Of a stretch of DNA of 64,000 bases, positions 1 through 8,384 are shown piece after piece. The DNA lies in assembly GCA_040768745.1 (NCBI GenBank), contig JAXGMI010000001.1, forward strand, positions 1,248,001 to 1,312,000, in the 5' to 3' direction. The DNA is from Desulfomicrobium sp. (GTDB lineage: Bacteria; Desulfobacterota; Desulfovibrionia; Desulfovibrionales; Desulfomicrobiaceae). The notes beneath the pieces were generated by a model. The model had not been told where the DNA came from. It ran no database searches and was given only the letters and a program-made list of their open reading frames with translations. Positions within the stretch are counted from its first letter, which is position 1. Each line of letters begins with the position of its first letter. A program made the translations under genes and the position numbers.

Positions 1-181
1 CAGTCGCCGGGCCACGCGTAACAAGTCAGGCAACTCCGGATCGATACGACAAAATGTGCAGGTTCATGGCTCGTGAGGCTGGAATTTGAGGGCAGGAGCC
101 AATTTTTTGTTTGTCATTCGGCCTGCAGTGATTAGTAGCTGTCAAAGAGAAAGAGAGAAAGTATTTCAGGAGGAAACACTC

Positions 182-454
182 ATGAAAAATATGAATACAC
201 TCTTGCACTTCATGCGCTATTTCGAACCACACTGCATTGAGAACGCTGGTCAGAAAGTCTGTTATGTATCCGCCCTGGAATATCCGGATAAGGACGAGGC
301 CTTGGAAGCCCTGGGCGGCAACGGGTGGATTGCCAGTGGACCAAGTAATATTGAGCTCAAATACGCCGGGTTGGTGCGGACTGATGACGGCGAGAGGTGG
401 CAACTGACCGATGAGCAGTTGCCGGGGTCATATCCTGTCTGGGAAGCCAGATAA
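182..454 (+). CDS. Small hypothetical protein (about 90 aa)
   Basis: AGGAGG RBS before ATG 182; first gene of a tight run with the LEA_2 gene and msrA; no family recognised. Confidence 0.6.
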   Translation: MKNMNTLLHFMRYFEPHCIENAGQKVCYVSALEYPDKDEALEALGGNGWIASGPSNIELKYAGLVRTDDGERWQLTDEQLPGSYPVWEAR

Positions 455-465
455 ACGTCACGTGA

Positions 466-954
466 ATGCAGACGGAGGGACGGATGCGACGAGTCATGCA
501 GCTGTTGCTGTGCGGGGTGTTTTTTGTTGTTCTGTCCGGATGCGCGCATCTGGGACGACCTGTGGAACCACCCACTGTGCGCCTTGTCAATATCATGCCT
601 GCCGGGAGCTCCCTTTTCGAACAGCGTTTGCGCCTGACCTTGCGGGTGACCAACCCCAACGAATTCGCCCTTTCCTGGAGCGGTTGCAAGGTGAACACCC
701 GTTTCAACGACATGGATTTGCTTCCGGCCGTATCCAAGGAAAACGGCTCGGTGGAGGGTCTTGGTGAAGCGGAAATAAAGGTCGAAGCGACCGTCTCGAC
801 TTTCGATGTTCTGCGGCAGATCATCAGCCTGAAGGGCGGTCAGGGCAAGCTGGCCTACGACATGGACGGGGTGCTGTTCCTCAGTGGCCTTCGCGCGGGG
901 CAGATGCCCTTCACCTCCAAGGGGACACTCTGGGATTCCGGGGCTGTCAAATAA
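466..954 (+). CDS. LEA type 2 (WHy domain) lipoprotein
   Basis: Lipobox LSGC and L-x-V-x-NPN motif (LRVTNPN); start may be 484. Confidence 0.8.
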   Translation: MQTEGRMRRVMQLLLCGVFFVVLSGCAHLGRPVEPPTVRLVNIMPAGSSLFEQRLRLTLRVTNPNEFALSWSGCKVNTRFNDMDLLPAVSKENGSVEGLGEAEIKVEATVSTFDVLRQIISLKGGQGKLAYDMDGVLFLSGLRAGQMPFTSKGTLWDSGAVK

Positions 955-963
955 GGAGAGGCG

Positions 964-1566
964 ATGCGCGCGGTTTTCTTTGCAGCTGTTATGGTTGTTG
1001 TGTTGTCAGGAGGGAGTATGAGCGCACAAACCAGGGAAGCCGTTTTTGCGGGCGGATGTTTCTGGTGTTTGGAATTGCCTTTTGACGCCCTGCCCGGAGT
1101 ACTCGAAACCGAAGTCGGCTACACAGGGGGTTCTGTGCCCAACCCCACTTACGAGATTGTCTCCTCCGGAACCAGCGGACATGTGGAGGCGATCCGGGTG
1201 GTCTATGATCCGCAGAAGGTCGATTTTGCGGGCCTGCTGGACGTGTTCTGGCGAAATATCGACCCCACAGACGGTGGAGGGCAGTTCTGTGACCGCGGTC
1301 CGCAGTACCGTTCTGCAGTGTTTGTTGCAGGAGCCGAAGAGGAGGGGACGGCGCGCGCATCCATGGAAAGTTTGGCCCGGGTCAAGGGGCTGAAGATCGC
1401 GACAGAGATCCTGCCCAAAACCACGTTCTATCCTGCCGAGGACTATCATCAGGACTATTACAAAAAGAATCCCATCAGATACCATTTTTATCGCCAGGCC
1501 TGCGGGAGGGATCAGCAACTGAACCGGATCTGGGGCGAGGGGGCGGGGTCTGATAAAACCCCCTGA
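964..1566 (+). CDS. msrA: Peptide-methionine (S)-S-oxide reductase with signal peptide
   Basis: GGCFWC active site, GYTGG, HVEA, FYPAEDYHQDYY; hydrophobic N-terminus. Confidence 0.95.
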   Translation: MRAVFFAAVMVVVLSGGSMSAQTREAVFAGGCFWCLELPFDALPGVLETEVGYTGGSVPNPTYEIVSSGTSGHVEAIRVVYDPQKVDFAGLLDVFWRNIDPTDGGGQFCDRGPQYRSAVFVAGAEEEGTARASMESLARVKGLKIATEILPKTTFYPAEDYHQDYYKKNPIRYHFYRQACGRDQQLNRIWGEGAGSDKTP

Positions 1567-1590
1567 TGGCGAGCCGTTCAACGGCCCCCA

Positions 1591-1628
1591 AGGCAGGTCA
1601 TCTCCAGGTGGAGGTCCTGCCTTTTTTC
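1591..1628 (+). terminator. Rho-independent terminator between convergent genes
   Basis: AGGCAGG...CCTGCCT stem followed by a T run. Confidence 0.6.
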
Positions 1629-1641
1629 GTGCAGAGGCCGA

Positions 1642-3774
1642 TCATTCCTCATGCAATTCACACTCGCTCATGAAGCCTCTGCCATAGCGGGCCCAGATGT
1701 CGAGCGCCATGTTCAGGGGTTTGACCATGGGCACGGTGTAGGTGTGGAAACGATGGGCATAGAGGGCTTCCCGAAACCGGGCCATGTGGGTGGACAGCCC
1801 GCGCGGAGAGACAATGAAGGGTTTTGGGGTTGCGCGTCGGAATTCCACGAGCCGCTCTGGCAGATATTCTGAGAGGTAGGGGACCTGCAGGTACACTGCG
1901 GCCATGATCACGTCCGTGTTCGGGTCGTCGGCGATGATTTCCAGGGCACGAATCAGGCGGCGGTCGTCGCAGTTGCCGAAGAGGTCCATGGGGTTGTTGC
2001 CAATGTTGACGAGCATGAGTTCCAGATCGTCAGGGCGGGCGGCCTTGACGTTCTCCCGCAACAGGTCTTGGAGCCGTTGCCGGGTTTGGGGGGCGAAGTT
2101 GGCAAGTTCCATGCCTTCGGCAGTGATCTGGTCCGCCAGCAGTACTGCCGCGCCTCCGCCCACGCTGACCACGGCCGTTCGCTTGCCCATGGCCGGGGGC
2201 TGCGTGGTCAGGATGGACAGGACATTGACCATGATCTTGGGGTCCTCGGTCAGCTCCTCTATGAGATAAAATCCAGCCTGGGAGCAGCAGGCCCGGAAGG
2301 CCTCGTGGCTACCGGCCAGAGAGGCTGTGTGGGACATGGTCGCCTCGCGGCCCCCGCCGGAACCACCCTTGATGATGATGACAGGCTTCTGGGCCGAGAC
2401 CTTTTTCCCCACTTCCATGAGTTTGAGACCCTCGGACAACCCCTCAAGATAGATGGCGATGATACTGATGCGCGGATCTTGATCCATGTGGGCCAGGATT
2501 TCGGCCACACCGACGCTGCTGGAGTTGCCACAGGAGACCCATTTGCCCATGCCGACCCGATCCGCATGGAGCATTTCCATCAATTCCAAACCAATGCCGC
2601 CACTCTGTGAAATGATTCCAATACCGTTCTGTTCTCGGATGACTCCGGTGCGGTGGTCGGGAATGAACATGGTGTTCACGCCGGAAAAATTGTCGATGAT
2701 CCCCAGGCAGTTCGGGCCGATATAAGCCACATCGTGGGCGAGGCTCAGTTCTCGCAGTCGATCTTCCAGTTCCCTGCGGCCTGATTCGGCGAATCCGTCG
2801 CTGATGACAATGGCCCCCTTGCCTCCGGCCTGGCAGAATTTCTCGAATTCCCGCACAACGGTTTCGGAATTGACCACGAAGACGGCCAGATCCGGCACCG
2901 CTGGCAGGCTGGCCAGATCAGGGTAGCAGGTCATCCCCTGCAGCGATGTCACACGAGGGTTGATGGGATAGACCGTGCAGCGGCGGCGCAAGTTCTTGAG
3001 CACGATACCGCCTACAGTCCCGGTGTTGGAAGCCCCGAACACGGCTACGGACCCGGGATTGAAAATGGTTTCCAGGCTCCGCATTTTGCCCGGAGAAACA
3101 TCGGTTTGTTTCGGATAATGCACGGGGTCGCCGACAATGACGCGGGCATCGACCAGGGCAAAGCCTTCTTCATAGACGATTATCGGGTTCAGATCGAGTT
3201 CGTGAACCTCTGGATGCTCGCTCATGAGGCGGGAAACGTTCACGGCCAGCCGGATTACTGCGTTCTTGTCCAGGGAGGGGCCCCGAAATCCGTCCATGAT
3301 GCGTCCGGCCTGGGTTCTGGCCAGCATGCCGCGCACGTCATCCTCGTTCAGCGCGCCGATGCCTGGCATGACATCGGCAAGGAGCTCCACCAGCCTGCCG
3401 CCCGAGCCGACCATGGTCATGGGACCGAAACTCGGATCCTGTGTGGCGCCGATGAGGATTTCCAGGCCTGGCCGGACCAAGGGCTGAATCAGCAGCCCTT
3501 CCGGCTCATTGAATCCGGCCACGCGGATATTCTCCAGCATACGGTCGTGGGCCGCGCGCAGGTCGGCCTCGCTGAAAATATTCAGGAATACGCAGCCAAC
3601 GTCGGTCTTATGGAGGATCTGGCTTGAAACAGCCTTCAGGACCACGGGAAAGCCCATGGCCCGGGCTGCCTTCACTGCCTGGTCCAGAGTTCGGAGCCCA
3701 CGACCCAGGACAGGAATATCATATTGCTTCAGTAAGTTGCGACTCTGTTCAAAATCGAGCTGCTGCGGGGTCAT
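1642..3774 (-). CDS. ADP-forming acetate/acyl-CoA ligase, fused beta-alpha order (ATP-grasp N-terminal, CoA-binding C-terminal)
   Basis: GFPVVLK..HKTDVG ATP-grasp, ELDLNP, IGPNCLG, SQSGG, SHTASLAG phospho-His; AAGGAG RBS before ATG 3774. Confidence 0.85.
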   Translation of the reverse strand: MTPQQLDFEQSRNLLKQYDIPVLGRGLRTLDQAVKAARAMGFPVVLKAVSSQILHKTDVGCVFLNIFSEADLRAAHDRMLENIRVAGFNEPEGLLIQPLVRPGLEILIGATQDPSFGPMTMVGSGGRLVELLADVMPGIGALNEDDVRGMLARTQAGRIMDGFRGPSLDKNAVIRLAVNVSRLMSEHPEVHELDLNPIIVYEEGFALVDARVIVGDPVHYPKQTDVSPGKMRSLETIFNPGSVAVFGASNTGTVGGIVLKNLRRRCTVYPINPRVTSLQGMTCYPDLASLPAVPDLAVFVVNSETVVREFEKFCQAGGKGAIVISDGFAESGRRELEDRLRELSLAHDVAYIGPNCLGIIDNFSGVNTMFIPDHRTGVIREQNGIGIISQSGGIGLELMEMLHADRVGMGKWVSCGNSSSVGVAEILAHMDQDPRISIIAIYLEGLSEGLKLMEVGKKVSAQKPVIIIKGGSGGGREATMSHTASLAGSHEAFRACCSQAGFYLIEELTEDPKIMVNVLSILTTQPPAMGKRTAVVSVGGGAAVLLADQITAEGMELANFAPQTRQRLQDLLRENVKAARPDDLELMLVNIGNNPMDLFGNCDDRRLIRALEIIADDPNTDVIMAAVYLQVPYLSEYLPERLVEFRRATPKPFIVSPRGLSTHMARFREALYAHRFHTYTVPMVKPLNMALDIWARYGRGFMSECELHEE

Positions 3775-3961
3775 GCGCTTCTCCTTGGATGAGTATTGTG
3801 CATCATCATGAAGGGCTGTCCCTTTTTTGGCAAGGACCGAGGTGGTCTGCTTTTCGCAGTCGCCCCGTTGTCTTGCTGCGCGGATGAGACGCGTTGCGGG
3901 AACCAGCCTCTTACAGTAGATCTGCATGCATTCCGCTCCTTCGTTTCCCGTGGAGAAGCCC

Positions 3962-6925
3962 ATGCCCTGCACCTCGGTCCTGAATCCCGTGGCCCAAGAC
4001 TCCGAATTCCGGAAATTTCATGATCTCATGGCCCGTAAGGTCCAGAACATCCTCCTCGTGTCCACGGCGTACGATGCTTGGGTCATGGAGGAGGACTGTA
4101 AGCTGTCTGAACGCATCGTGTCCGAATACCGCGGTTTGAACCTGAGCCGTCCGCCGCGCCTGACCTGGGCGTCCAGCGCTGAAGAGGCCCTGGATTGCCT
4201 TGCCAACCGCCCTTTCGAGTTGATCATCCTCATCCCGCAGATGACCGGAGGTGAGTCGATGGGGTTGGCCCGGCGGATCAAAGGCCTCAACCTGGGTATC
4301 CCTGTCTATCTTCTGGCCCACCGCGAGATCACTGAGACCCATGACCGTCAGGTCGAAGGCATTGACCAGCATTTTGTCTGGACCGGGAATGCGGATTTGC
4401 TGGTGGCCCTGGTTAAATACGCGGAAGATTTCATGAATGCGGATTTCGACACCAAGGCGGTGGGTGTCAGGGTCATTATCGTGGTCGAGGATTCGCCGGT
4501 CTATCTGTCCAGCCTGCTTCCCGCCCTGTACCGGGAACTGGTGGTCCAGACCCAGGACGTCATCCGGGAAGGCCTCAACCAGGAACACCGCCTGCTGACC
4601 ATGCGCTGCAGGCCCAAGATTCTGCTGGCCCGCACCTATGAAGAGGCTTTGGCCCTGTTCGAGAAGTACGAACCATTTGTCCTTGGTATGCTTTCGGACG
4701 CGTGTTTGCCTCGAAGGGGAGAGCTCGATCCGGAGGCAGGAGTGGATCTGTTGCGCACGGTCGGGACCAAACGCTTCGACATCCCGCTGCTTCTGATGAG
4801 CAGCGAGCCCGAAAACAAACGTCGCGCAGAGGACATATCCGCCACCTTCGTGGACAAGAATGCCCCCACCCTTCTGGCTGAGGTCCGGCGTTTCGTGCTG
4901 GAGCGGTTGGGGTTCGGCGAATTCATCTTCCGGCGGGCGGATGGGGAGGAGATTGTCCGGGCCGGGAATCTCTTCGCCCTGGAGGAGAGGTTGCAGGCCG
5001 TCCAGGCGGAGGTACTCATCCGCCACGCCCGGCTCAATGATTTTTCACGCTGGTTCTACGCCCGCACCGAATTCGAGCTGGCTGAACGGCTTCGCCCCAT
5101 GACAGAGCAGGATTTCTCCTCGCCTGAGCAGCTGCGAGGCAGTCTTGCAGAGATGATCCGCGCCCGCCGGGAACTGCGCCAGCGGGGAATCATCGCCAGC
5201 TTCAGCCCTGGAGATTTCGATCCGGCCACAGATTTTTTCAAAATTGGCGAAGGGTCACTGGGAGGAAAGGGGCGGGGTCTGGCATTTCTCTACTCCCTCA
5301 TGAGCCGGCTGCCGGCTCTGCGGGACAAATACCCGCAGGTTGATTTTGTCATGCCCAAGACCCTGGCTTTGGCCACCGAATGCTTTGATGGCTTTCTGAA
5401 GCGAAACGGTCTGAAGAGTTTTTCCCGCATGGACGTCTCCGACAAAGAGGTGTTGGTCCAGTTCGGGAAGGGCAGTTTTTCCAGACGCCTGAGGCAGCAG
5501 CTCGGGTCCTATCTCACCCATGTCCAGCGCCCGTTGGCGGTGCGCTCGTCGAGCCTGCTGGAAGACGCCCAGTTCCAGGCCTACGCTGGTCTCTATTCGA
5601 CCGTGATGCTTCCCAACAACAACCCAGATCTTCAAATCAGGTTGCAGGAACTCCTTCTGGCCATCAAACATGTCTATGCCTCGACCTTTTTTCAAGCCCC
5701 CAAGACGTTTTCCCGCCGTGTCAGCCTGCGCACCGAAGAGGAAAAGATGGGCGTGCTCATCCAGCAGGTCGTGGGTGAGGAATATGGGGGGTATTTGTAC
5801 CCGGCTATTTCCGGGGTAGCCCAGTCCTACAACTATTATCCTTCCGGGCGCATCAAGCCCGAGGATGGAGTGGCCACCATCGCCATGGGTCTGGGGAAGA
5901 CAGTGGTTGATGGCGGTCAGGCGCTGCGCTTTTCGCCCAGGCATCCCCATGTTCTGCCCCAGTGTCTGACAGTGGAACTGGCCTTGCGTACGACCCAAAC
6001 CGATTTTTACAGTCTTCCGCTGCATGGCCGGCCCTGGCCGGACACGGATTTCCTCCTTTCACGGCGGAACATCGTAGAGGCGGCAGGGGATGGGCCATTG
6101 GATCTCGTGTCATCGACATTTCTGGCGGAAGAAAGGCGCATCCGGGATACAACCTCCATCCCTGGCCAACGGGTTCTCCTCTTTGCCCAGGTCCTGAAAC
6201 ACAGAACCTTGCCCCTGGCCGAGATCCTGTGCGACCTGTTGGCCGTCGCCGAAGGGGCCATGGGCTGCCCGGTGGAATTGGAATTCGCCTGCAATCTCTA
6301 TAAGGACAAGACCCGCAAGCCGAATTTTTCCCTTTTGCAGCTTCGTCCCATGACCGCCCGGGCCGCGATGCATCGGGTGACAATCACGGGCCCGGACCGG
6401 GAGAAGGCTTTCTGTATTTCCTCCCATGCGCTGGGCAATGCGGAAAAAAGTGATGTGAGCGACATTGTTTTTGTGTCTCCTGAAACATTCGCCGTGGACC
6501 GAACGGTCGAGATTGCACGGGAGATTGCAGATATGAATGCCCGTCTGACGGCCGCGGGACGTAAGTATCTCCTGGTCGGACCGGGAAGATGGGGTTCTTC
6601 AGACCGCTGGCTGGGCATACCGGTTGGCTGGAATGACATCTGCGGGGTGGCAGCCATTGTCGAGACCACTGTGTCCCAGTTGCGGGTCGAACCATCTCAA
6701 GGGTCTCATTTTTTTCATAATATTACGACATTGGGCATCAACTACATCATGGTTTCCGGCAAAGAAGGGGAACGATTTGACTGGGAGTGGCTGGAAGGGA
6801 GGGCCGGGGCGGTCCGGAATGGACACGTCGTCCACGTTCGTTTGTCGAAACCTCTGCTCATCAAGGTGGATGGCCGGACGTCGTGCGGCGTTATCCTTCC
6901 TGACGAGGGTCTGGAGGAGCAATGA
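3962..6925 (+). CDS. PEP/pyruvate-binding (PPDK_N-like) domain protein with N-terminal receiver-like domains
   Basis: GGKGRGL, AVRSSSLLED..AGLY, EEKMGVLIQ, LLQLRP; REC-like IIVVED...LSD...MSS...DK; C-terminal PSQGSHFFHN. Confidence 0.8.
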   Translation: MPCTSVLNPVAQDSEFRKFHDLMARKVQNILLVSTAYDAWVMEEDCKLSERIVSEYRGLNLSRPPRLTWASSAEEALDCLANRPFELIILIPQMTGGESMGLARRIKGLNLGIPVYLLAHREITETHDRQVEGIDQHFVWTGNADLLVALVKYAEDFMNADFDTKAVGVRVIIVVEDSPVYLSSLLPALYRELVVQTQDVIREGLNQEHRLLTMRCRPKILLARTYEEALALFEKYEPFVLGMLSDACLPRRGELDPEAGVDLLRTVGTKRFDIPLLLMSSEPENKRRAEDISATFVDKNAPTLLAEVRRFVLERLGFGEFIFRRADGEEIVRAGNLFALEERLQAVQAEVLIRHARLNDFSRWFYARTEFELAERLRPMTEQDFSSPEQLRGSLAEMIRARRELRQRGIIASFSPGDFDPATDFFKIGEGSLGGKGRGLAFLYSLMSRLPALRDKYPQVDFVMPKTLALATECFDGFLKRNGLKSFSRMDVSDKEVLVQFGKGSFSRRLRQQLGSYLTHVQRPLAVRSSSLLEDAQFQAYAGLYSTVMLPNNNPDLQIRLQELLLAIKHVYASTFFQAPKTFSRRVSLRTEEEKMGVLIQQVVGEEYGGYLYPAISGVAQSYNYYPSGRIKPEDGVATIAMGLGKTVVDGGQALRFSPRHPHVLPQCLTVELALRTTQTDFYSLPLHGRPWPDTDFLLSRRNIVEAAGDGPLDLVSSTFLAEERRIRDTTSIPGQRVLLFAQVLKHRTLPLAEILCDLLAVAEGAMGCPVELEFACNLYKDKTRKPNFSLLQLRPMTARAAMHRVTITGPDREKAFCISSHALGNAEKSDVSDIVFVSPETFAVDRTVEIAREIADMNARLTAAGRKYLLVGPGRWGSSDRWLGIPVGWNDICGVAAIVETTVSQLRVEPSQGSHFFHNITTLGINYIMVSGKEGERFDWEWLEGRAGAVRNGHVVHVRLSKPLLIKVDGRTSCGVILPDEGLEEQ

Positions 6926-7065
6926 TATCATGGGCATCGTCCATGCCGACATGAAAAAGAAGGCTTGCTTTATGCGTTCCTGTGTGACCAAAACGCAGGC
7001 CGCATCGCCTGCAGAGAGAGTGTCTCCGCAGTGTGTAAACATCAACCCTGATACTCGGGTATCCT

Positions 7066-7617
7066 ATGAATGTAACGTTGACTGATATCCCCGGCGTGCT
7101 GCTCATAAAGCCGAATGTCTTCGGCGACCATCGCGGCTCTTTTTGTGAAACCTATAGCCGTCGCCAGTTTGCCGCCCATGGCCTGGACATTGATTTTGTT
7201 CAGGACAATCAAGTTATTTCTACAAGAGCTGGTGTATTGCGAGGACTGCATTTTCAAATTCCGCCCATGGCCCAGGCCAAGCTTGTGCGGGTGACCAGGG
7301 GCGCGGTTTTTGATGTGGTGGTGGACCTGCGCAAGGGCTCGGCTACATTCGGCAAGTGGCAGGGGTTTACCCTGTCAGCAGAGAATTTTCTTCAGCTTCT
7401 GGTTCCCAAGGGCATGGCGCATGGGTACATGACCCTTACCGGACATGTGGAATTTCTCTACAAGGTGGATGCTCCTTATGCCCCAGGGCACGAAGGAGGA
7501 ATTCGCTGGAACGATCCTGATCTGAACATCGCGTGGCCTGATCTGCCGCCAATCCTCTCGGACAAGGACCTGCGCCTGCCGCTGTGGGCAGAATCGGGGA
7601 TTCAGTTTTCCATTTGA
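7066..7617 (+). CDS. rfbC: dTDP-4-dehydrorhamnose 3,5-epimerase
   Basis: FGDHRGSF, FVQDN, GVLRGLHFQ, AHG, GIRWNDPDL. Confidence 0.95.
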   Translation: MNVTLTDIPGVLLIKPNVFGDHRGSFCETYSRRQFAAHGLDIDFVQDNQVISTRAGVLRGLHFQIPPMAQAKLVRVTRGAVFDVVVDLRKGSATFGKWQGFTLSAENFLQLLVPKGMAHGYMTLTGHVEFLYKVDAPYAPGHEGGIRWNDPDLNIAWPDLPPILSDKDLRLPLWAESGIQFSI

Positions 7618-7708
7618 ACGTGAGATGCATTGTCGATCATTCAGGTGGGAATAGTCCGTTTCGCCACGGAAATCTTCGTCTTTCGAGGGGGTTATTCCTA
7701 TTCGGAAG

Positions 7709-7737
7709 ATCGTGATTTTTTTCATTATCTCTTGACA
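7709..7737 (+). promoter_or_regulatory. qrc promoter: Rex-like half-palindrome next to a TTGACA -35 box
   Basis: ATCGTGA-N6-TCATTAT (7709-7728) then TTGACA (7732-7737); resembles the Rex consensus TTCGTGA-N6-TCACGAA as recalled, right arm degenerate. Confidence 0.4.
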
Positions 7738-7823
7738 CGGGCAGACCCTCTTGAATACAGAAGGGCAATTATTCTGAGGGATTTTTTTCATATCTCATTT
7801 CAACGCGGTAGGAGGAGAGGACT

Positions 7824-8366
7824 GTGGCAAAATGCAAAAGCTGCGTGGTGCTGCCATTCCTGGTCGGCTTGGTGGCATCGATCGTGCTTGGTTGGTGGGG
7901 CTTCCCCAAAGTCCTGTACAGTCAGAAGGCCCAACCCATCCGGTTCGATCACGTCGTGCATGTGGAAGGCCAGGCCATGGCATGTGAGGATTGTCATGCG
8001 TTTCGGGAGAATGGCTCCTTCACCGGGTTGCCTACCAATGCAAATTGTGTCGGGTGTCATGAGGACGTCCAGGGGGAGGATCCAGAAGAGGCCCGTTTCG
8101 TAACCGAGTACGTGCAGAAGGAAAAGGAAGTGGAATGGCTGGCCTACCAGAAACAGCCAGATAACGTGTACTTCTCCCATATCGCGCACAAGGAAAAATT
8201 TGAGTGCAAAACGTGTCACCACGATGTGTCCACGATGAGCACCCCGCCCGTCTACCATGAAAACAGGCTCTCGGGCTACAGCAAGGACACCATGAAGATG
8301 TGGCAGTGTGAAGAATGCCATGCCAAGAATGGCGCCAGCAACGCCTGCTTTGTGTGCCACAAATAA
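7824..8366 (+). CDS. qrcA: Qrc complex multiheme cytochrome c subunit (5 CxxCH)
   Basis: GTG start with GGAGGAG RBS, N-terminal TM helix, CEDCH/CVGCH/CKTCH/CEECH/CFVCH; operon order. Confidence 0.9.
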   Translation: MAKCKSCVVLPFLVGLVASIVLGWWGFPKVLYSQKAQPIRFDHVVHVEGQAMACEDCHAFRENGSFTGLPTNANCVGCHEDVQGEDPEEARFVTEYVQKEKEVEWLAYQKQPDNVYFSHIAHKEKFECKTCHHDVSTMSTPPVYHENRLSGYSKDTMKMWQCEECHAKNGASNACFVCHK

Positions 8367-8384
8367 GAGAGGAGTGGATTTACG

